A program made the translations under genes and the position numbers. Shown piece by piece: positions 47,084 through 59,600 of a stretch of 64,000 nucleotides of DNA. How positions within the stretch are numbered: the first letter of the stretch is position 1; every line of letters begins with the position of its first letter. The stretch covers positions 28,148,001-28,212,000 of the forward strand of contig NC_086124.1 in the NCBI RefSeq assembly GCF_963921235.1, in the 5' to 3' direction. Origin of the DNA: Mobula hypostoma. Its lineage: Eukaryota. The notes under the pieces are model-generated. The model was given only the letters and a program-made list of their open reading frames with translations, had not been told where the DNA came from and made no database searches.

Positions 47084-50000
47084 ATCACCACCAGACTGTT
47101 GCTGGTGGTGATGTTTGAGGGTATTTGGAACTGAAATGCACACTGCCGGTTTCTCAATCCGAGTTTTATACACGGGATTTAGTAGCTGGGTCCTGGACGA
47201 AGGTTACCCGAGAACGAAAGGAGGTCCAGAGCTAGTCATGTCAAAGGCATGTAATTAAACCTTTCGCAAAGTCACATTGTATCCCAATTATCTGACTTGG
47301 TCAGTTAATCATTCAAATCATTTGCGTCTTCAATAGACCTTTAAAAATAGTGACTGAGTTTGGTTCCTGTTCTTACTCTGTTGGGGAATTCCGAATGCGT
47401 CTCTTTCTTCCCTTATCTGCGTGAGTGGTCTCAGTTGTAAGCGGGTTTGCTGCAGTCGCAGCCTGTGATGCTGAAGGGCTACTTTGAATATCTTTTTCGG
47501 GTTTCCCCGTGTCTGACCGGCTACTCAGCATACACGTCCAGCGGTTCGCTTACTGCTACGCCCAGCGCCACCTCTGGTCTTTGACTGGTGATCCCCAGGC
47601 AGAGGCCGTACCGCTGTAATTCCGTAAATATCTCCCCACTTCTACAGCGAAACGGTTTTGTTTTTTATACCTACTGCGAGGTTTTAGTTTCAGTCGCCCA
47701 TAACATGGAGTGGAGACGATGACCAGAGCACCGCCCTCTCTGGGTACAGGCGTGCGTTTATTGGGCATCATGATGAAGATGAAGATGATGATGATGATTA
47801 TTTTCTTTTGACTTTGCACAGTTTGTTGTGTTTTGCACATCAGTTGTTTGTTCGTCCTGCTTGGTGCGGCCATTCATTGATCCTGGTACGTTTCTTGAAT
47901 TTACTTTGTATGTCCGCATGAAAACGAATATCAAGGTTGTTTATGGCGACGTATACTGCGTCTACTTTGAAAACAAATTCATCTTAGCTTTGAACTTTCC
48001 CGATGCACCTCTACTCCCAATATCGCTATGGAATATCAGGCGTGGCTGCCGGGTCCATGGGCGGATCTCCCCTTTACCTTCTGGTTTCTCCGTCAAGAGA
48101 AATCTTCATCGTCGTGAAGGGATTCATCACCGAACTCCTCAGCTCGATGTTTGTTTTGTTATTATTCTTTAGGTGAGTTTCATTGTCTCTCGTCAGTAAC
48201 GTTTCCCTAAACGGGCCATAATCGCACTTTTCCAACCAATTCATGCAGTTACAAGGAAGGCGCAACAGCGAGTAGATTTCATTTGGAGTTTGAAGCGACG
48301 TGGCATGTCATCAAAGACTCGCAAGTCTCTATACATGTACCGTGGAGACCATTCGAACTGGTTACATCATCGTCTGGTATCTGGTATGGGACGGGGCATC
48401 ACTGCAGAACTGGGAAAAAACCTGCAGAAATGTGTGCCCTCGGCCAGCTCCATCATGGGCACGAGGCACCCCAGCATCGAGGACATTTTCATGAAGGAGG
48501 CACACGTCATGAAAGGCCTCGATCACCCAGGAAATGCGCTCTTCTCATTGCTCCGATCAGAGATGCGTCACAGGAGCCTGACGACCCGCTCTCATTTTTA
48601 TGAAAGGAATCTAACCTCCTTCATCAGATATCTGAATGGACAGTAAACCCGTGTACCCACCTCACTTCATCTTTTCTTTGTTTTAATATCTTTCTGCACT
48701 ACTTATTTCATTAAATTTTACATGTGCAGTACATTTCTTATTGCAATTTGCAGTCGTTTATTATTGTTATGGCTGCTGCTGCCTGCAATTATTTGACTCT
48801 TAAATACCTCCCATCTCTTCATCGCTTCCTTCCATTGAAACAGACTTAGCAATCGGCCGCTGCTAGATGCTGCCTAGTTTCAGCACAGTTAGCCTCATTC
48901 AGGTTTAACGATCTAATCTATAGACCTTTCGCATCTCTTTCTAAGGATTTCGTAAATACATAGAATTATGGTCACTGGTGCCAATGTGCTGCCATTCTAC
49001 CAATTCTGTAACTCGTCTTATCTCGAGGGGAGGATTTGCACCATTTTTAGGAGAGTCCACGTTTTATTGTGTCAAAAAACATTCCTGGACACTATTCATA
49101 AGCCTTTAATACTCTGGGTGAGACAGTCAGATTAAATCTTCCACTCATACGACCCTGGTATCCTTACATGTAAGAGCATTTCCCGATGACTATATGGTCG
49201 TCTACACAATATTCCACTCCAATGTCCTTCTGCGTCTTATGTCTAAGTGCCAAGCGAACGCCGTTCGCCTCTTTTCAACGATGTTTGGTCCAGTGGAAAT
49301 ACCGAGAGTTATTCCTTAATTATGTTACCAGTTTCTCACGTATCGAATTCGAAGGCCTGTGTTTAGAAATCTGTTTTTTTAATTTTATTTAGAGATACGG
49401 CGCAGAACAGACCCTTCCGGAGCAATGAACCATGCCGCTCAGCACCCCAACTACTGAACGCTAGCCTAATCCAAGGACAAATGACACCGACCAATTCACC
49501 GACCAATCTTTTTTACTTTACTTTATTGTCGCCAAACAATTGATGCTAGAGCGTACAATCATCACAGCGATATTTGATTCTGCACTTCACGCTCCCTGTA
49601 GTACAAATCGATAGTAAATACAGTAAAATTCTAAATTATAAATCATAAATAGAAAGTAGAAAAGGGAAAGTAAGGTAGTGCAAAAAAACCGAGAGGCAGG
49701 TCTAGAAATTTGGAGGGTACGGCCCAGATCTGCGTCAGGATCCGTTCAGCAGTCTTATCACAGTTGGAAAGAATCTATTCCAAAAATTACCCTACGGGTC
49801 TTCAAGCTCCTGAGCCTTCTCCCGGAGGGAACTGGGACGAAAAGTGTGTTGGTTATCCTGACAGCACTGCTCCGACAGCGTGCGCTGTAAAGTGAGTCCA
49901 AGGACGGAAGATTGTGGTAAGAAACCAGAGCACTTAGGGAAAACCCACAGGTTCATGGCAAGAACAGGATTGAACCTCGAACTCTGACGCCTCGAGCTGT

Positions 50001-52339
50001 AATAGCGTCGCGCTATCCGCTATGCTATGATGGCGCCCCCGATAAGTCACAGAGCATGACCCACTGACAAAGGAACTAATAGCTTGGAAGACGTGGACGC
50101 GAAAGCCCGGCTTTCACTGCGCTGGAGAGCGAAGATTTTCACATAAAAACGGAAAATAGGCAACGCTGCTGCTCTCTGAGTGATAACAGCGTGATCATAT
50201 ACAACTTTTAAGAATCAGACCGAATAAGACCCGATACAGTTAAACAAATATATATATATATATATAATCAGCAACATATAATATTACCTCCGCTACGGGC
50301 GGTCCCAAGCCACCTATGAAAGGAGGAGAATTGGGAATGGGTCTCGGAACACCATCCCGTCAAAATCTAGAGCTACTGAAACGCCAACAGAAGCTCCGAT
50401 GATTTGTTACCATCTTTCATCGGGCCAACGACAATGGTGTCTTCGCAACATAAATATGGTATTGGAGCTACGCTTAACCTCAGAGTCACAGATATGAAAC
50501 GAGTTAAGCGGTGGGCTCAGCACACAGTCTTTCGGTGCACCTGTTCTGATGGAGATTGTGGAGGAGATTTTGTTGCAAATCCGAAATGACTAGAGTGTGC
50601 ATGTGAGGAAATCGAAGATCCGTTTGCACAAGTAGGTGTTCAGATCAATGTCCTGAAGCTTATTAATTCGCGTTGAGGAGGTAATGGTATTGAATGCCGA
50701 GATGTCGTCAATAAAGGTCATCGTAATGTATGAGAATTTACTATCCTGATGTTCCAGCTTTCAGTGCATTTCTTATCGTGACCAGAGACTCCAAACAGGC
50801 TTTTTTTGAAAAAGAAACCCTGCTCAGTTATCACCAGCATATAACCTGTAGCACCAGAGGTCCCAACATACTAGACCACTGCTACAGTAAGGTAAGGAGT
50901 GCCTACCGTTCCTTGCCCAGACCGAATTACTTTGCTGTCCACCTCCTACTTGCATACAGGCAGAGCCTAAAAGGCAAGGTCCAGAGGTAAGGACAACTAA
51001 GAGGTGGTTGTAGGTGGCAGAGGAACGATTACGGGATTGCTTTGAGTCAGTGGACTGGGCCGTGTTCAGGCTGTAAACTAGATATCTGAATGAACACACG
51101 ATGGTTGTAACGGATCATTCAGTCTTCCACAAACAGAAGTCCTCGATGAGATCCGAAATATGCTGAGAGACTGATCAGAGGCAATCAAGTTCAGATGCCA
51201 AGAAGAGCACAAGAAGTGCAGGTTTGATCGCTGGGCGTCCTGTCTTTGGGGTGTTTATATCTCCCTCTTAATAGTCCCTCACTTATTATTTCTCTTTTCC
51301 AATTGATCTCTGCTAGATGTCGCCTAATTCTCTGAATATTAACCCGGCTCCAGCTTCGGTCCTTGCAGGCGGACCAGTCTTGTCCTTATCCATCGGAAAA
51401 GGAATAATAAATCTTATCGCATCGGATTAGAAGCTGTCTTTGAGCCTGGCGTTACTATTTTCTCCCGATGGGAGAGGGGTAGAAGAGAGAATGTCTGTCC
51501 AGCAAGGTGATTTTATTATGCTGACCGTTTTGCCGTGACAGAGAGTTGTGTAGACAGAGTCTATGGAGCGAAAGCTCTTTGGCCCGATAGCCTTGGATTA
51601 ATTTACAATTGAACCTCCTCCCACCCCATCCAGCCGCCCAACACAAAGCCTGCGTCCGTTTATAGCGCTAGGGAAATTAACGTCGGGGAACGCAGAACGG
51701 GCAGCATCGTCAGTGAATATATGGGGAGGACTGGGGAGGTCATTGTAACGAAAGATCCTTAATACTATCCGTTAAAAGAGGCCTGCATTCTTTTTCCCGC
51801 TCTCGAGCAACCCTCGCTCTCCCTCGCAGTTCCCTTACTACCTATGGCTCCCTCCCCCTCTCTTTGCATCTGGTCCTACTCTGTTCTGCACTCATTGGAC
51901 CCTGTCTCCCCTATTTGCGCCTGTGTTTCCTCACACACAACTCTCCACACTCTCTATCCTTAACCTCTCTTCCTTCCCCTGTCGCTCTCTCTAGCTGTGC
52001 CCCACACCTTCTTGCTGTGTCGACATCCATCGCGCACACACCAGACAGCAGTACAAATGGGGTGCTATGTTGAGGGATGTGTGTATACAACAGAACTAGT
52101 GCACAGGGGCGGTGTGGAGAGGACTATGTACACACCGGATTCAAGCCCACTGGGGAAAGTTTTGGGAAATGCCTGTATAGACCGGAAACCAGTTAACGAT
52201 GACATTTTGTTTTTGATACACCTACCATCGGAATAAATATTTCCGTGATTAATCCCATCTGTACATCTCATAAACGGATGTATTTCGTTCAGGTCACCTC
52301 GCAGGGAAAATACGATCAACCTGCCCAATAGATAGAGTC

Positions 52340-53640
52340 GTCGAGTAATTCAAAAGTACAGCATTGAAACAGATACTTGGGCCACTCCTGTCTGTACCGA
52401 TTTCATTTAAGCTGCTACTCCCCTCGACCTAAACGCGTGCCATAGCCCTCCATAAGCCTGGCATCCGTTTATCTGTCCAAACTTCTGATTAACATCCAAA
52501 TCGTGTTTGCATATAGCACTTCTTTTGCCAGCTCATTTCAATCGCTCACGATCCTCTGAGTGAAGAAATTTCCCTTCATGTTCCCCTGAACTATTCACCT
52601 TCCACCAGTACCCAACCATCTCCGGCTGTAATCCCACCCAGCCTCAGTGAGAAAAACATGCTTCCACTTACCCTATCTACACTCCTCAAAATTCTGTATA
52701 CGTTCCTTGGTATAAAGTCCTAACCCAGTCAATCTTTCCTTATAACTCAGGTCTCCAGACCCGACAAATTCCTTGTAAATGTTCTCCGTACATTTTGAAC
52801 TTTATTTAGATGTTTCCTCTAAGCGGGTGACCAAATCTGCACACAAATCTTGAAAATAGGCCTCACCAGCATCTTATCCAACTTCAATATAATACCCCAA
52901 CTCCCGCCCTCAACAATTTGAGTTATGAAGCCCAGTGTTCCAAATCCTTCTCTCCGGCCCTACCTACCTGTGACCACCTTCAATTGATCTGTATTCCCAG
53001 AATTCCTTGTTCTACCCTTTGCATACCCTTTGGGATGTAATGTTGAAATTGTACAAGGCATTGGTAAAGCCAAATTTGGAGTATTGTGTACAGTTCTGGT
53101 CACCGAAATATAGGAAAGATGTCAACACAATTGAGAGAGTACAGAGATTTACTAGAATGTTACCTGGGTTTCATCATCCTAAGTTACAGAGAAAGGTTGA
53201 ACAAGTTGGGTCTTTATACTTTGGAGCGTAGAAGGTTGAGAGGAGACTTGATAGAGGTGTTTAAAATTATGAGGAAGATAGATAGAGTTGATGTGGATAG
53301 GCTTTTTCCATTGAGAGTGGGGGAGATTGAAACAAGAGGACATGAGTTGAGAGTTAAAGGGCAAAAGTTTCGGGGTAACATGAGGGGGAACTTCTTTACT
53401 CAGAGAGTGGTAGCTGTGTGGAACGAGCTTCCAGCAGAAGTGGTTGAGGCAGGTTCGATGTTGTCATTTAAGATTAACTTGGACAGCTATATGGACAGGA
53501 AATAAATGGTGGGCTATGGGCTGAGTGCAGGTCGGTGGGACTAGGTGAGCGTAAGAGTTCGGCACGGACTAGAAGGGCCCAGATGGCCAGTTTCCGTGCT
53601 GTAATTCTTATATGGGTATATGATTATATGGTTATATAAA
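52340..53640. mobile_element. Two CR1 3' ends in opposite orientation
   Basis: 52340-52980 is a minus-strand CR1 3' region. 53007-53600 is plus strand (LYKALVKPNLEYCVQFWSP; ERRRLRGDLIEVFKIM...GNFFTQRVVAVWNELP). Confidence 0.85.
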
Positions 53641-55456
53641 CTCCAACCCAAGCTATATTCCACAGATTCTCCTCCACACGTAACACAACGGATTCGCATC
53701 CTCCTTTACGTTGGTGATAATAATGACACATAGGATTCTAAAGAGGGGCAAAGCAATGTCATGTAATGACCCACCAAAAAGTTCCCGTTCATGTATCCAT
53801 GTGCGCGCCTGGGAAGGACAGAATTTGGTATCGTTCATCTCCACGCTATAGTCCTGTTCGTTATTTTCACGGATCTGCGGACTAAGACTCCTGCACCCTC
53901 TGTTAACCTGTATTCATTCAATGTCTGATTATACCTGTGAACTATTTGTGGAATATAATGCCATTTTCGAATATCCCATCGAAGTTTTGAAGACACCTAT
54001 GTCCTGCCGTAGCATCAGAAGCTTCACGTTCTTCATACGACTGAGCTGAACACCAATTATTCGGTGTTTCTGCTGTCTAATTCATTTCCACCGCTGAATT
54101 ACTCACGGTCAGGTCACTGGTCTGAGTACTACTTGCACCATGTAACCCAGTGCTACCTGTCGCATTGTCAGGTGGTCGACGACTAAACCGGCTCCCCCAC
54201 CAGGCTTGCCTGCTGAGGAGGGTGGTTAGACACCCGGCAGGACGCAAAACACGTCCTGTGAAAGGGCGGATGAACGGCCATCTGGCAAACACGTGCCGTG
54301 AAGCGCCGAAAGGGCGTCCCTTTCATCGAAACTTGGGCTGGCCATTCACTGCAACAGAACTTCTCCCCGCCGTCGTGGACCCCACCATGCCGCTGGATCG
54401 GGAGAGGATGTCCAGTGTGGGTCTGAACCTGTGGAACCCCCTACTCACCTAAAATCCATTCACGCACACGCTGTTTATTTCTGAGGAGTGGGGTCAACCC
54501 GACTAACTGACTGAAAGGAACCATCATCATCCTATGGGATGGATAGCCAGACGAAGAGACTAAAGATCTATTCTGCATAGCTTAGACAACACAATGTATG
54601 CATAATGTTTGCTCTTTAAGCATGTCTGAATAGAGTGGGCACCCCATCTTCTGTAATCGACGATTTGACTTATGAAGGCCAATGTCCCAAAAGCATCATT
54701 TTCGTGAACCTCATTTGAACCCTCACTACTGCTTTATAAAGTTTTAACATAGCATCCTTGCTTTTCTATTCTAGTCCTCTGGAAACCACCATGATCGCTT
54801 CAGCCAACTTCTTCAGAACCCTGGAGTGTACACTATCTGATCCAGGTGACTTACTCACATGCAACTCTTTCAGTATCCCAATAACGTTCTCTCTAGTTTT
54901 GGTGCCTTCACACACTTCATACCATCTGACATCTGAAACGTCCACCATACTTCCATGTGTCTCGTCCTGTCCATGTGTCTCGCCCAGCCCGGTGCTGGAG
55001 TTCCCTCGTCCTGCCCAGGAGTCTTTCGTTCTGTCCTGTAGCCTCGCCACGACCTGTAGCCACGTCTTTTCCTCGCCTAGATCCGGGGTCCGAGCCCGAG
55101 TCAAGACCTAGGTTTCGGGTAGTTGTCCAGTCTCTGGCTCGGAGCCCTAGCCCAGGCTCCTTGCTCCTAGTTCCTCGTCCGGGTCCTGCGTTTCTAGCCA
55201 AAGTCCTAGCCCTGGTCTGTGTTCCTGTCCCAGCTCCTAGTCTATGTCCAGTCCTGTCTCTAACTCTAGTCCAGTCCAGTTCCCAGTACTTCAGTGTCTG
55301 TGTCTTGCATTTGGGTCCGCCACCAGCGCCCCCGCCCCCATTATGACAGCATACGCCGTCACCGATTGAACGTACAATATTCATAGAGACGGCTGCGGGA
55401 ACTGATACCGCGTATGATGCGCTCTGAAGCGATCAGCGAAACGCTACGCTAATTTT

Positions 55457-56642
55457 TCAACGCGGTGGGCGGCTCTGATTTCTTAGCTCATATTTCCGAT
55501 GAGTCTGTCTCACAATGTGGATGAATGGGGATTTCACCACTTCCCACATCTGCTCTCTAAACTTCCTCTGGGTCAAGGCGTAAAGAGCCGTGTTTGTGCA
55601 GTAGCTCAGTAACTGCAGCATGTAGCCCAGCTCCCACATACTCAAAGGTGGGAATTTAGTTCCAGCGTGAGATATATCAGTAGTGTTATAGTAAGATAAA
55701 ACAATCTCATCTACACAGTTTACACAAAAGAAAGCATCCACAACACGATGAATTCGCCGACACGACCAACAGTAAAGTGAGTGACTTCCATTTCCAGGTC
55801 TTTGGAACTATCCCCGCTGCTGCGAGTCCGGAGTCTCTTCCGGGCTCTGCTCGCCACTAACACGTGTCTCATAGTCAAAGCATTGAGTAGCAGAATCACC
55901 ACAGGCGTGAGGAGGTAGCTGCCAAACTCAACTACGTTCCAGGCGACTGAGATCACGATAGCATATTTTCATTCGCAAAATCAAGGGATGTTAGAAAGCT
56001 CGTAGGGTCCTGAGAGCAAAAAAAGTACCAGAAAATGTTCTTGAAACAGCTCAGGGCGGACACAGTCCCCAGAACCACAGCCACCGTTCTCTCGGTGCAG
56101 TATTTAGCTTTCAGATTCTGGCAGCGAATAGCCACAAATCGGTCAAAGGCGAACATGACGGTGAACCAGACGGAACAGTCGTTAGTTGCGTAAAGTAGGG
56201 CGGTGTGGATATTACACAGAGGGATATTCGTCAGGAAATTAAACGCTTCCCAATAAACAATCGGAATCTGCCTCAGTACCACGTCTATGATAGCAACTAG
56301 GAGATCCGCCATTGCCATGGCCATCAGGTAACGAGTGACGCCTTTAGAAACACCGCACGTTCCCCGCGACAGGATCACGATCGTCAGCACCTTCACTATT
56401 GGGATTGAAAGAAACACAAGCAAGTCAGTGGGCAAGGAGCAAAGTCAGCACAGTCACAGACAGGAAGTCTGGACCGCACCGAGAAATGTAACCGGAGCGA
56501 GACCCAGATAGTAGATGGGCTGAATTGTCAGGACTAAATTCCGGATCGGTCTGTCTGCTGTTATCGAAAACATATAAGCAAGCAGGGGAAAGAACCCCTT
56601 CCCGTCGCCGTAACATTCCCTGATCCTATTTCTCTGAACCAT
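55457..56642 (-). pseudogene. GPR139/GPR142-like GPCR pseudogene (gene copy 2), two exons
   Basis: Exon 1 56480-56642 (...IQPIYYLGLAPVTFL, G|GTGCGG donor); 84-nt intron; exon 2 from 56395 (VKVLTIVILSRGTCGVSKGVTRYLMAMAMADLL...FAFDRFVAI). TM5 and TM6-7 lie in different frames (55720-55956, 55457-55741), so at least two frameshifts. Confidence 0.88.
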
Positions 56643-59600
56643 TTCCCGTCACTGTTCGCAGATGTAACCGTTCATGTAAAATCCCACTTTGATGTTCGTA
56701 ACTCCCCAATTATTGTCTTCCGCTGTCGAGCCACTGCGGACCGTGTGTGACGGAGGGGCTGCTCTCGTTAACACTGTGAACCTTCATCGAAAGCAGGAAT
56801 TTTACATAGAGCTGCGAATCCCCCAGTGACACAACCAGGCTCCGTGCTGGCTGACGTTTATTACTCAACATACATCTACGGTTAACCCCTTTGAATCCGG
56901 TCCGCTGGAGCAACACGTAAAAGGAATTATTTAACAGGGTGGTGATGTCCAGGATGTATGTCCACCGAACCCGGCCATTCGTTCTGCTTCATCTGGCGGG
57001 ACACAGAAAAGCCTGAAATACGTACCATCAAGCTCAGGATGAGCTTCAATCACGCCGTCATAAAAATATTCAACTCCTCACCTTGACGATTAGATGGACT
57101 GGTGATATCGCAATCTACCTCGTTCTGACTTTGCAAATTGTTGTTCGCCTGCACCGCTCCTGCTCTGCAACTGCAGTGTTTTATTCTGCACTCTGTCATT
57201 GTATTACCTGGAAACTCAATGCACTAAGGTAATCATTTTTTTTTCTCTGAGTTAAGAGTATGTAGAACAAGATTGTTTTCTATTTGCAGCATTGGAACAT
57301 GTGTCAAAGGCCCATGTACCATCAATGTCCCATCGGGGCGGGGGCTGCGCAGCGTCCACGCCAGGACCAGCATTCCCGAAAACAGTAACTTTCTCCAAGC
57401 AGTAAGGCTGATCAACGCTTTTAGCTACTAACAGATCCCACTAACTGCCATTGTGTTCATTGTCTTATTGTGTTTTTGCGCTGCATTGAAACTGGAGTAA
57501 CGACAACTATTTCGTTCTCCTTTACACTTGTGAATGGAAATGATATTAACTAATTGTTAATCTTGAATAATAAACAAGATTACCAATTGAGTACTATGCA
57601 GTGGGATGGACCAATAGGATCAGGGAATTGCCTGCGGAGCTGATGAAATCGTCCCGTGTGATAGGGACTGCTGCTAACATTGAGTAGTGTCCTCAGAGCG
57701 AAAGACTCAGATGAGATGCTTTCCGTGGATGGGAGGAGGGTGATATAAACCCGGGAGCTTTAACATATCGAATCTGACGTCACTGCGTGGACGTGATGCA
57801 GTGGATCATACTGTACCGTCTGAAGGACAATTCGGAAATTCTGTGCGGCCAAATTGCTTTCTTTATAAAAGGGAAGGGATTTGAATCAAATCCGTATTAA
57901 AACCCTACCTATTAAAACTCGTTTAAACCCTATGGAAAAAAATGGAAAGAGGTGATCACAAAGGGGAGGTGATATGCACATGAGAAGATGGGGGAAGACC
58001 GGTGACGTGTCGATAATTGAGGAAGAGTGAAGGCAGAGGATGATAATTACCGGAAAACATTAAAAGAATAGCATTTTGTTTTTGCTGCATCTGCCACGGG
58101 TTTAATCAGCGATTTATCCCGTCTATGCATATGAAAAGTTGATATATTTCGTTCCGTTCACGTCGCAGGGAAACTAAGAGCAGAATTTCCAATCTTTCGT
58201 CATCCCCTCCAACCCAAGCAGATTGCCAGAAACTCTTCTCTGCACGCAACGCAGCTGGTTCGCATAATCCTGTCCTCTGGTGACCAGAATTAGAAACAGT
58301 AATCTAAAGTCGGCAAAATAACGTTATGTAATGAAGCACCATGAAGTTCCAGCTCATATATCCCATGTCCGCAGCTATGAGGACATCATGTCTTAACCTT
58401 CATTTTCACACGATGAACATGTCTGATATGTCTAACAGATCAGGGGTCTGTGGACGAGCTCACCTGCTTCCCTCGTTAACCGGTATTCATCCCGTACCAC
58501 AAGAAACCTATACACAGCACAGTGTTTCGTTGAGCAAAACTCTTGATTTCAACATCCGGTCCGATGTCGGCTTCTAAGTGATATAGCTATTTACAACATC
58601 GAGATGAAAACCAATTATTCACGGATCCTATTTTCCAACTTATTAGCGCCACAGATTTAGGAAAGACCAATTGTGCATAAATTAGACAATACCATGAGTG
58701 CATGATATGTGCTCTGGAATCATCGCTGGACAGAGTGAAGGTGGAAGGGATGTTTCCTTTGGGAGTACAGTCCAGCGTCCGAGGCCGTCACGCGATAAAA
58801 GGACGCCCCTCTGTTCCTGAGGTGTGGAGGTGATTGTTTAACCAAAGGTTGTTTCATTGGTGGAATTCGTTAACAAAGAGGGAGCCATTGGTGTACTGAT
58901 GGGACAGATTCTTAGATCCGTGGTTGGTCAGACGGTTTATGATTACAGGAGGGCACATGTGAGTGGTGCTGAAAATAAAACCTTTCATGATGAAACGTCC
59001 TGCTGGACAGAAAAGCGTGAGTATGATCCTATAACATGTGGGTCTAATACCTCACCTTAAGTGCATTTTACCTGCCCGTTTTACCTTCTATAGTACCAGG
59101 TACACCCTGTCCTTCGACCGTTGATGTCGCCCTCTTAATAGTCGAACAGTGGACATTTCTTCTTTCCATTCGACCTCTGCTAGGTCTCACCGAAATTTCT
59201 GGATGTTATCCCCGCTCTAGTTTATGACCTTAACATGCTGATCTGTCCTAGCCTTTTCCATCACAATCTGAAAATCCACAGTCAGTCATACAGTATCAGG
59301 GGACTGCTCAGCGGTCTTGTAACGCCGGGACAGAAGCTGTCTTTGAGGCTCTTTCTGTTTTCCCTCGATGGGATGGAGGAGAAAAGTGAATGTCTGCCGT
59401 TCAAAGATACATTAACGCTGCTTTACTGTGCCAGAGAGGTGTGCAGACTGAGACTATGAAGCGAAGACAAGTTGGCCTGATTGACTAACTGCTGAATGGG
59501 TGCCGCTCGCCTCTTTTAACCCAATGACTGGTCCACCGGAAACACCGACATTTCCTCCAGCATGAAGTTATCATTTTCTCACTTATCGAATTGGAAGATC

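Noticed and set aside
48053-48170. Plus-strand MGGSPLYLLVSP...MFVLLLFF frame ending at a GTGAGT donor
   Set aside because: Phase-2 donor, no downstream exons and no homology recognised.
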